IMG/VR virus record: IMGVR_UViG_3300009648_000003
Span: 1 to 64,000 of that record
Strand: one strand, 5' to 3'
Origin: a virus
Lineage: Duplodnaviria; Caudoviricetes
Length of the DNA: 64,000 nt
In this document: in pieces, positions 28,236 through 38,083 of the stretch
How the letters are laid out: each line of letters starts with the position of its first letter
Numbering within the stretch: the stretch's first letter is position 1
Program-made: the position numbers and the translations under genes
The notes under the pieces: generated by a model
The model's database searches: none
Told to the model about the DNA's origin: nothing
What the model saw: the letters and a program-made list of their open reading frames with translations, nothing else

Positions 28236-28724
28236 GTGATTAATGTATTTATTACTAATTTAGCTAAGTATAACGAGGGGGAGTTGGTGGGTCAATGGGT
28301 TACTATCCCCCTCCCACCAGAAGAATTAGATGAGGTTATAGCAGAAATATTGGGGGATGATGAGGAGTATTTTATTAGTGACTATGAAACAGATTTACCA
28401 ATAGATATAAATGAATATACAAATGTGTATGAATTAAATAAATTAGCAGATAAATTAAACACGTTAGATGAACATGAGTTGAAAAAGATAAAAGCACTGC
28501 TTGAATGGGGTGCTTATGATTTAGAAGATGCTATCGATAATAAAGATAAGTATGTGTTATATGAGGACATAAAAACAGAAAAGGATTTAGCTTATCGTTA
28601 CCTAGATGAGGTTATAGGTGAGGAAGGAAAGTTTCTAGTTTTCTATGTAGATGTTGAATTGCTGGGGCATGATTTAGCAATGGATGGTTATATCAGTGAG
28701 TATGGCTATGTAGAAGAATGTTAG
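28236..28724 (+). CDS. ardA: antirestriction protein ArdA
   Basis: FITNLAKYNEGELVGQWV...EEYFISDYE; highly acidic. Confidence 0.85.
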   Translation: MINVFITNLAKYNEGELVGQWVTIPLPPEELDEVIAEILGDDEEYFISDYETDLPIDINEYTNVYELNKLADKLNTLDEHELKKIKALLEWGAYDLEDAIDNKDKYVLYEDIKTEKDLAYRYLDEVIGEEGKFLVFYVDVELLGHDLAMDGYISEYGYVEEC

Positions 28725-28734
28725 GAGGGATATT

Positions 28735-30951
28735 ATGAAGATAGTTAAGTTTAAAAATGGGAATTTAAATTTAAAGTTAGAGCCAGATTATGACAAATCA
28801 GGGGATGAATACACCCTTGATGAAATATTGAATAATGACGATATGTTTATGAATAATCTATACTTTAAGGTGGATATGAGTGGGGCTTTATGGGTTATAG
28901 ATTATGGAGCGGACTTAGCATATGACATACCAATGTACATGTTTAATCCAAACTACTGGAAATCCTATAATTTTTTCAAAGATTTATTGGATGGTAAAAC
29001 AGTAAAGTTAGTCCCATATGGTACTATAGACGAAGTCAAAGAATTCTTTCATGAAGATGAACTCTAACAGGAGTGGTAACATGATAGATTATTTTTTAAA
29101 GAGATTAAAATAGATTTTAGTTACACTGAAGAATATATGTGAAGAAAAGAAAGGAGGGATATTATGACCAAAATAGATAGACATCAATTATCAGCGTTAC
29201 TAGCTTTAGAAAGTGCATTAGAAACTTTAAGATGCAGTATGGAAAAATCTAATGATTTTAAGCAGTACGTAGAAGATATGTTTATATTTAATTTTGATGA
29301 ATATAGTATGGAGGAAATTATAGGTGTGGTACAAGACCATATTTATTCACTATATTAAAGGGGTGGATATAAATGAAATACAATGAAAAGTATAAGATCA
29401 AATTTGCGTTTAATCCAGTTGCCCAATGTTTACTTGGGCAATGTTTTGGATGGTTAATGATACTAGAGCTATATTATGAAAGTAGAGATTATAGAGAAGG
29501 AGATGAAGTTGGGTTTACTTACCATAAAAGTAATGCTGACAAATGTGTAAATTATATAAACAACTTTAAAAAGCAGTCTTAAAAAAATTTAAGATAGAGT
29601 TTAGGAGGTGGATTAATGTTGGATAAGCAACTTTTATTTGAATGTTTGTATGATTTTTATGGGTTGTTACACTATGCGGAACCATCAGAGAAAGAAATAA
29701 TACTTAAAAATATGGATAATATTGTAAACGAATTTAATTTAAAAAAAGAATTTATTTACTATTTAAACCATAAGTTATATGAAGCAGATGTTATAACCTA
29801 TATGTCTAATGTAACTTTTGTTGAGTTTGCTGAGGGGAGTAACCATATAGAAGTATGGATTAGCACCAGTTTATTAGACGACACAATAGGAAGTGCTTAT
29901 TTAGTAGATATTGACAAAGGTGCTTTACTCAAGAAAGATAAAGTTGTAAAACAGAACGAACCTTTTATATATGCGGACTTTAATGCACCAATATTTTCTT
30001 GTGAACTAGCGTTAATCGAGGAGATTTTATCATGTATTAGTAGGGATTTATTTGTTCAAGCCAAGACTTCCTTCCCCCGCCCCGCTATTGTTTTAGGGGT
30101 AGACATAGGATTTAGATATACTGAGGAATATATAGAAAATATGAGAAGAGGTGTTATGTGATGGATTATTTTCTAGAAGCCATTAAAATAGGTCTTTCTA
30201 TTAGTCAAGCATATGAGTATGAAAAAATATGCAAAAAACGTGATGAAGCGATAATTATGTATAATGAAGCAGTAAAAAACAAAGATAAAGAGTTAGAAGA
30301 AAAATATGGGGATATTATTTTAAAATGTCAAGCTGAGACTCAGAAGTTAATTTATAGGAGGTGATTGGTATGTTTAATTATACGCCTGAGGAGGTTATGG
30401 TTAAGTATCCTAAGATTACAGCACATCTTATAGCAGAGAGTTTGGGGTATTTTACTCCACACTCTGCTGCTATAGCAATAATAAAAGCTAAACAGAATGA
30501 ACCTTATTATTGTGAATGGTATACATTTTGTGCCAGGGCATACGGGGATATGTGGGATGAGGAAAATGTTAAGAAAGTTACTAAAAAAACATTAACCCGA
30601 GCAATTAAGAATAGACATGCTCATAAAAGTGGGATGTCCAACTATAAACGAGCTTTAGAAATAGTATACAAGGCAATAGAAGGGAACCATCCCACATTAG
30701 GTAGTTGGTTTTAACAAGGGAGGGGAAATTTTATGGATAAATTTATATGTTCTGAGTGTAAACAGGAATTTACATGGGGAGGCGGGAACGATTTTAGAGG
30801 AAATATCTATGTATGTGAACGTTGTGGTAAGCCCATATGTGTTAGTTGCATGTTAAAAAATGACGTATATAGAGAAGAGATTAGTTCTAATATAGATGGT
30901 ATTTGTGGATTAGATGAAATTCTTTGTTTAGATTGTTATAAAAACATATAG
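28735..30951 (+). other. cluster of seven small co-oriented hypothetical CDSs (28735, 29164, 29373, 29616, 30158, 30361, 30733)
   Basis: Most have clear SDs; tightly packed; the last contains CxxC pairs. Confidence 0.6.
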
Positions 30952-31009
30952 GATCATTAGAGAGGATTTCATATGCTCCTCTCTCCATTTTCATTTTGGA
31001 GGTGATAAA

Positions 31010-31669
31010 ATGGACAAATGTATTATATGCGGAAAAGAATTCATACGTATAGGTCATCAAAAAACATGTTCTCCTGAATGCAGAAAAAAATGGCAGACAA
31101 AGTATATGCAGAAGTGGTGGGATAAACACTATGGAAATAGAACTATTGCATGTGTTATATGCGGAAAAGAATTTGAATCCAGATATGGAAGGATTACTTG
31201 TAGTACTGAATGTCAGGAGAAGAGATCAAAGCAAATAGACAGTAGTTGGTATACAAAAAATTATCATCTAAAAATAAAAACTTGCGTTATATGTGGGAAA
31301 AAATTTAGTGGGCGGGGAAGATCAAAGGTTTGTTCAGATGAATGTTTAGAAAAATATAAAAAACAAAAAAGTAAAGAAGAATGGGAAGCCTATAGTCAAG
31401 CAAAGTACGGGGAAATAATCACTAGATATTTAATAGACAAATTAAAAAAATTAAATAAGAAGTTTGTTTATAAAAATGAGCAATATACTATATATAAAAA
31501 TAATTATAGCAGTGATATTTATGAAATTTATTGGAAAAGTACTAGTAGCAAAAAGATGTTAAAACTAAGTTACGTAAGTGATCAACAAGGGGGTGTAAAG
31601 AAGATAAAAAGTGTTACTTTTTGGGATGATTATGAAAAAGACAGTATTTTAGAGGAATTAACTTATTAA
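31010..31669 (+). CDS. protein with three zinc-finger repeats
   Basis: Three CxxCGK(E/K)F...CSxEC units. Confidence 0.7.
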   Translation: MDKCIICGKEFIRIGHQKTCSPECRKKWQTKYMQKWWDKHYGNRTIACVICGKEFESRYGRITCSTECQEKRSKQIDSSWYTKNYHLKIKTCVICGKKFSGRGRSKVCSDECLEKYKKQKSKEEWEAYSQAKYGEIITRYLIDKLKKLNKKFVYKNEQYTIYKNNYSSDIYEIYWKSTSSKKMLKLSYVSDQQGGVKKIKSVTFWDDYEKDSILEELTY

Positions 31670-31670
31670 T

Positions 31671-32266
31671 GTGGAGGTGGTTGATTTGTGTAAAGAAAAA
31701 CAATTTTTTATTCCAATTGAATGGGTAGTTCGTAGTTCTGTATTAGTTGAAGCTTCATCATTAGATGAAGCTATTCAATTACTAAAAGAAAATTTTGAAT
31801 TTTATATACCAGACATATATGAACATGATTTTGACAGTGTTCAGGTAGATGAATCTGGTTGTTATGAATATAAATAAAGATTAATGGGGAGGTGGCTAAT
31901 TTGTTTAGATTTGTATTTGATATAGAAGATATGAAGTTTGATGAAAAATATAATTTTATACTTAGAGATTTAGAATATCTGAGTTTTTTTATAGAACTAG
32001 ATGAGAATGGTTTGTATAATATGGTTGTATACAACAAGCCTTTAGATCTTGTATGGACAATAGGATACTATGATTATGATAGACGACCAGTAGATTTTTG
32101 GTTGGATATACTTGAAAGAAAAGTTGATGATAGAGAATATTCGGAGAAGCAAAGGGAGATATACATCGATTTTCAAAGAGAATTTGAAGATCAATGTGTA
32201 GAAAAAGCAATTGAATTTGAACAAGAAATTCAAGGGTATATAAAAGAGGAACTCAGTTATGAATAA
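31671..32266 (+). other. two acidic hypothetical CDSs (31671-31877, 31892-32266)
   Basis: ORF track; co-oriented; followed by a GC-rich hairpin at about 32286-32332. Confidence 0.55.
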
Positions 32267-32406
32267 GCATTGATATAATATTTAACTGCCCCCCTCCCCC
32301 ACTCTTTGGCAGGAGTGGTGGGTTTAGGGCAGAAGAATAAAAAGTAAGTTTTATTTTACTTTTTATTTAGTTAATTCGTATATTAACTTAAAGAGGAGAT
32401 GATATA

Positions 32407-32772
32407 ATGATTAGAGGAGACATTTGTTATGTTAGAATTGGTAATGAGGGGGTGGGATGTGAGCAAAAAGGGGATAGATATGCAGTTATAATACAAAACA
32501 ATAAAGGTAATAAGTATAGCTCCACTGTTATAGTTGCACTAATAACCTCAGCAATACATAAAGCAAAATTACCTACTCATGTTGAGATAAATTACAGTAA
32601 CTCTGGGATACCTGAACCTTCTATTATTTTATGCGAACAAATTAGAACTGTAGACAAACAAAGGTTGGAAAGAATTGTTGGACATCTTAGTGAGAATAAA
32701 AAACAAGAACTAAATAAAGCTCTAAGCATAAGTTTAGGGTTAGTAGATAATACAACAACTATTGCTATATAG
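32407..32772 (+). CDS. PemK/MazF-family endoribonuclease without an adjacent upstream antitoxin
   Basis: RGDI...GCEQKGDRYAVIIQNNKGN...TVIVALITS...LPTHV...ILCEQIRTVDKQRL. Confidence 0.9.
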   Translation: MIRGDICYVRIGNEGVGCEQKGDRYAVIIQNNKGNKYSSTVIVALITSAIHKAKLPTHVEINYSNSGIPEPSIILCEQIRTVDKQRLERIVGHLSENKKQELNKALSISLGLVDNTTTIAI

Positions 32773-32786
32773 AGGAGGATGATAGT

Positions 32787-34388
32787 ATGTGTAATGATTT
32801 AGTGGATAACAAAATTTTAGCACTTTTTGATTATTTTAATAAGCAATTTGATGAAACAAATGAAGAAGATGCTATATTATATGCGGAATTAAGAGATTTT
32901 GCAGAAAATCATGGAAATTTATTATACTTTTTTGGGGATGATTATTATTTGATAATTGAATTTATAGGTGAAAAGAACTATTTAATTATTCATACGGATT
33001 ATTCTTATTAAATAGTAGATTATTTGTGGTGTTACCTGTATAATTAACTATATACAATAAATAATATTTGTGTGTATATAGTTAATTAGGGGGGATAAGA
33101 GTGGAAAATTTAAAAGAGTATTTTAGAAGGAAATTTATTGAAGGTTATGAAGGTTACGAGATTGTTATAACTCTGTTAGCTCTGATCAAAGATGGAAAAA
33201 TTACAGAAGACGATATATTGCCAATTATGAATTATGTCTATATGGGAAATGTTACAGGTGTATACAATGCCCTTAATAAAGCAAGAACACTTGTTGATGA
33301 CAAGCTAATAGATGATATTATTGAGGAGGTTGAGAAGAATAACTAAATTATTCTGGTGTGTTGTTTTCTTCTTCATATTATGCCCTTTGGGGCTATTTTT
33401 TCTAATGGTAGTCCCAGGGTTTATAGTTGAAGATATAACCCTGGGGCTTAATCTTATAAAACAATTTAATATACTGCATGGGTTGGGTATATTATTACGA
33501 CCTATATGGGCTACTATATTAATAGTTGGAAGTATATTTCTTATATTGTGTGCAGATGATTTAGTAAGGGGGTGGTTCGGTGATTAATAGAGAATCTTTA
33601 TCATTCTGTATAAAAAATAATGTATTATCTATAAGAGATTTAACTCGGTTCAATCCCCCACTATCTGTTTATATTCTTAATAATATAGGATTAATTGAAG
33701 AGAGATTAGATGTTGAGGTTTTAGATGATACTGTAGCAATAAGGGGTTTTAATAACATTAGAATGTACCTTTTGTACCATTATGGGGATACCGTAAATTT
33801 AACAAAGTTAAGAGAAGAAAATATTGTAGTTTATAATAATATATGTGCATTAGGTGTCCCAGAGAAAGTAATAAAAAGTATGGGGTTGAAAGTTGCGTAT
33901 GATTCAAAAATATCGTATGATGAACTCATAGAAGAATTGAAAGCTATTGCAAATGAAGATGGGGTGATAGAGAAATTAGATAAAAGATTAGATAACAAAG
34001 TTAGATATGAAGCCAATAAAGTCAACATGACAGTTAGAGAATATATTGAAAAGTTAGGTTTTACACTAGATTATAGAGGAAAACTTAGTGGGAAGGAGGG
34101 ATAATTGTGAAGAAAACAGATTTAATAAATAAATTAGAGAATATGGGATATGAAGTTGTTTCAACTAAATATGAATATTGGGATGTAGCAGGAGTTGTAT
34201 TAAAGAATAAAAAAATCTTAAAATTAGCAAGTTTAATAAGAAAACCTAATCAATTAGGTGTTAATGAAAATTTTAATATAGAAGATGTATTAGATGCTAT
34301 AAAATTAGCAGAAAGAAATGAAGAATACAGAGAAGATTCTCGAATTTATTCTATGGAGGATTATTACCATAGAAAAATGTATGGATAA
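32787..34388 (+). other. five hypothetical CDSs (32787, 33101, 33312 membrane protein, 33580, 34107)
   Basis: ORF track; co-oriented and tightly packed. Confidence 0.55.
33041..33088. repeat. perfect 16-bp inverted repeat with a 16-nt centre
   Basis: TAATTAACTATATACA-N16-TGTATATAGTTAATTA. Confidence 0.75.
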
Positions 34389-34391
34389 GAG

Positions 34392-36296
34392 GTGACTACA
34401 ATGATTAAAGCAGAAAAAATATTGGGAAAGGATAACAATATTTGGATAAAAGTTTCATTTAAGAAAAATCCTCTTATATTTGACACTATAGCCACTATAA
34501 GAGGAGCACTATATGATTATAAAAGGAACATATGGGCTGTTCCTTACTATAAAAGGCAAGAATTTGAAGAAAAACTAGGTGGGTTCATCATAGATTGGGT
34601 TGATGAACCTACTCCTTATAATGGAGGAATTCCTGAAACAGAATTTTCTAAATACCCCATTGTTCCTGGATATTCAGTCACATACAACGATAAAAATGAA
34701 ATAGTTGATTTTACTGGATTTAAAACTGCTCCTTGGGCTGATTTTCAAGTTAGAGGATTTAATGCTATTGTGGAAAGGGATTTTCTTATATTAGCAGATG
34801 AAATGGGGACTGGGAAAACATTCCAAACTGTCACTGCCATTGAAGCTAAAAAGAAATTGGGGCAATTAAATAGGTGTCTCGTTTTGGCTAAAGCTTCTTT
34901 ATTATACATGTGGCGGGATGAGATAGAGAAATTTACAAATTGCAAAGCAGTAGTGTTTGCAGGAACTCCAAAACAAAGAATGAAAATTTCTAATTATTTG
35001 CACGAAAGTGATGAATGGACTTTCTTAATAATGTCCTATGAAATGTATAGACGGAGTATCGGTACTATTACTAACATAGATAATGACAAACCTATTGAAT
35101 GTATTGTTTTAGATGAGGCTCATAAAATTAAAAACCCTACAAGTAAAATAGGACAAAGAATTCATTATTTACCATTTAAATATAAATATGTATTGACAGG
35201 CACCCCCCTCCCCAATTCCCCTATTGAATCATTTAATTACTTGAAATTAGGTAATAAATTACCCCCTAAATCTATAGAATATAATCCATTTAAGAAAAAT
35301 AATCAGGTAAACACTATTATAGATGAATGGTGGGCATTTAAGCATAGATACTGTATTTATGGGGGCTATAGGAATAGAGAAATAGTAGGGTATAAAAATA
35401 TAAATGAACTAAGAACTGCTATACAAGAAAATATGTTAAGGAGAACTAAAGAAGATAAATTAAGTGATTTACCTGAAGTCACATTTAAAAATATCAACTT
35501 AGAAATGCTACCAAAACAAAAACGAATATATGAAGCGGTTAGAAAAGAAATTTTGGAAGAATTAGCTGAAACAGATATACACAAAGTGCCATCAATGCTA
35601 GCAAAAATCACAAGGTTACAACAAGTAACTGATTCCCTACAACTAGTGGGGGTGGAGCCAAGTAAGGATCAAAGTATAAAGTTAAAAGCTTTAGATGACT
35701 TAATAGAGGAATTAGTATTAGATGCTGATGAAAAAGTAATTATATTTACTAAGTTTAGAACAATGTTAGATATTATTGCTGAAAAATATAAAAAATATAA
35801 TCCTGCTATTATTCATGGTGACATAAGTTCTAGTGCTTTGCCAAAACGAGAAGCATTAGAAAAATGTAAACGTAAATATAGTAATTGGGATAGTATGTCT
35901 AAAAAAGAACAGGAGTCTATTTTATTAGATCTTACTACCTCCCCACGTCAACAAGAGGTATACCGATTTCAAGATGATGAGGATTGTAGAATATTTATAG
36001 GTACTACTGAAGCTTGTAAAGAAGGTTTAACACTTACAGCAGCTTCGAATGTTATATTCATAGATTATCCATGGAATTGGGCTTCATATAGTCAAGCATA
36101 TTCAAGAGCCCATAGAATTGGGCAAAAAAATGCAGTAACAGTTTACAATCTAATTTGTACCAATACTGTAGATGAGAAGATATTTAATACAATAATAAAT
36201 AAAAAGTCAATGTCAGAGATTATGCTTGATACCAAGGTGGGGGACAATGAGGTAAAAACTCAAAAAGCGTATGAATTCGTACGAAGTATCATATAG
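34392..36296 (+). CDS. SNF2-family helicase
   Basis: ILADEMGTGKT, LDEAHKIKN, LTGTP, QAYSRAHRIGQ. Confidence 0.92.
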   Translation: MTTMIKAEKILGKDNNIWIKVSFKKNPLIFDTIATIRGALYDYKRNIWAVPYYKRQEFEEKLGGFIIDWVDEPTPYNGGIPETEFSKYPIVPGYSVTYNDKNEIVDFTGFKTAPWADFQVRGFNAIVERDFLILADEMGTGKTFQTVTAIEAKKKLGQLNRCLVLAKASLLYMWRDEIEKFTNCKAVVFAGTPKQRMKISNYLHESDEWTFLIMSYEMYRRSIGTITNIDNDKPIECIVLDEAHKIKNPTSKIGQRIHYLPFKYKYVLTGTPLPNSPIESFNYLKLGNKLPPKSIEYNPFKKNNQVNTIIDEWWAFKHRYCIYGGYRNREIVGYKNINELRTAIQENMLRRTKEDKLSDLPEVTFKNINLEMLPKQKRIYEAVRKEILEELAETDIHKVPSMLAKITRLQQVTDSLQLVGVEPSKDQSIKLKALDDLIEELVLDADEKVIIFTKFRTMLDIIAEKYKKYNPAIIHGDISSSALPKREALEKCKRKYSNWDSMSKKEQESILLDLTTSPRQQEVYRFQDDEDCRIFIGTTEACKEGLTLTAASNVIFIDYPWNWASYSQAYSRAHRIGQKNAVTVYNLICTNTVDEKIFNTIINKKSMSEIMLDTKVGDNEVKTQKAYEFVRSII

Positions 36297-36307
36297 GAGG
36301 TGCAAAA

Positions 36308-36765
36308 TGAATAGAGATTACTGCTATAGCGATGACGATTTATTAAATATCCTTGTAGAATTTTATGAAAAAACAGGAAAACTCCCTGCAAAAAGAGATA
36401 TACCTCAGTTCACACCTATTTATAGAAGATTTGGTAGTTGGGGCAATGCTCTTTTTGAAGCAGGTCTTATACCATACCCCATGGATAGAAACGAATTAGT
36501 AGATTACAGACGTGAATTAAGGCGTAGAGAGTATTTGGAGATATTAAAGGGAATATATAAGGAACACAGAGAAAACCCCGATTGGAAAGGGGTAGCCGGG
36601 CAAAAAGGGAGATTAAGTCAAAAGGAATATATGGAATATTATAAAAAAACAAATAAGAACATACCTCATGTATCAAATTTATATAAAGCATTTAAGACAT
36701 ACGTTATAGATGATATATGGGAAATAGTAGAAAAAGAATTATTAAAAGAGGGCTACTTTGGGTAG
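36308..36765 (+). CDS. homing-endonuclease-associated repeat DNA-binding protein
   Basis: YSDDDLL...GKLP...IYRRFGSWGNALFEAGL; no nuclease motif seen; SD before ATG 36308. Confidence 0.6.
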
Positions 36766-36905
36766 CCCTCTTTTCCCTTATAGATAAACTATAAGGATAA
36801 GTTATTTTGATTTTATCAAGTATATTTTTTTATAGATAGACTATAAACTAATGAATTATAAAATATAAAATTTCAATTCTTTTAAAGTTTCTATCTTTCT
36901 AACTA
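36744..36905 (-). ncRNA. putative small RNA resembling a degenerate CRISPR mini-array
   Basis: TTGACA-17-TATACT promoter (36939-36911); no ORF/SD; repeat-like units with ~51-nt period; ends in the terminator at 36744-36774. Confidence 0.5.
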
Positions 36906-37102
36906 CATATAGTATATATCATATTAACAATAATGTCAACTCTTTTTTTAATTTTTTTTTTAAAAAAAAATTATTTTACTTGAAAAGTAAAAAATATATT
37001 CGTTTTTATAAATACATCTGATTTTTAAATAATTTCTTCCTTTCATTATTATTCACTATTGTAATCTTTTCGTATATTTAGTATGAAAGGAGGAGATTAT
37101 TT

Positions 37103-37898
37103 ATGGGTTTTATCAATAAAACTAAACAAGTAGATCAAGAATTAATTGAAGAATATTTTAGAAGAAATGAGCGTAAAAAAGAAGATGAGAAGTGGTTAAA
37201 AGAACACAGAAAATTAATTGTGGAAGAATTAAAGAAACAGAATAAAGATATTGTAGATTATGGAAATATTAGAGTATCAGTTATTGTACCAAACACTTCT
37301 TATTTTGATAAGAAAAAAGTAATGGAATTTGTAGAGATGAGAGGAATAAAATCAGAGGTTACAAAAGAAGAATTAGATGAAGACAGATTAGTGCTATTGA
37401 TTGAGCAAGGGGTTATAGATGTGGAAGAATTAAAGGAATATGCTTGGGTGGAATCTACAGGTACACCTAGAGTAATAATAAAGGAGTTGGATAGATGATT
37501 AAGAAAGGTGATATTGTTACCATCTCCCCCGCCCACAGTATAAAATTTGCAGGATGGGTGGGCGTAGTTAAAGATATAGTTCCTGAAGATGGGTTATATT
37601 TAAAAATACAATTCCATGATGAGAATCAAACATATGGATTTACAGAAGAAGAAATAGAAATGGAGGGGTTAGAATGGCTGTAATAACTAAAATAAACGTT
37701 GAATGTTCTTATTTAAAGTCATTGCCAAATTTTGAAAATATAAGATTTACAGCTGGAGTTGAGATAGATGTTAAACCAGGTGAGGATGCAAAAGATGTTT
37801 ATGATAAAGGATGGGATATTGTTGGCGAAGAAATTGAAAAACAGTTAGCTCTTTTTGAAGAAACAGATACTTCAAAAGCTAAAAAAGGTCTAAAATAA
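37103..37898 (+). other. three hypothetical CDSs (37103-37498, 37495-37683 KOW-like, 37674-37898)
   Basis: Preceded by the phage promoter motif at 37049-37078 and strong SDs. Confidence 0.6.
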
Positions 37899-37934
37899 TC
37901 TCTCTTTCATATAATGTACTGGGAGGGGGGCAAA

Positions 37935-38078
37935 ATGGTAGAAGAAAAAGAATTAGTAATTGATAATAAAGAAATAAAGAAGAAAGTACAACTATCTATG
38001 CTTTATAGTTTATATAAAAAACAAATGATAGATATAAATATATATAAAAAAGTAAAAGCTGAGATCGAAAGATCTTAG
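37935..38078 (+). CDS. small SHOCT-like protein, candidate recombination directionality factor (47 aa, not in ORF track)
   Basis: GGGAGG SD; MVEEKELV...LSMLYSLYKKQMIDINIYKKVKAEIERS*; convergent with the recombinase. Confidence 0.5.
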   Translation: MVEEKELVIDNKEIKKKVQLSMLYSLYKKQMIDINIYKKVKAEIERS

Positions 38079-38083
38079 CTTTT

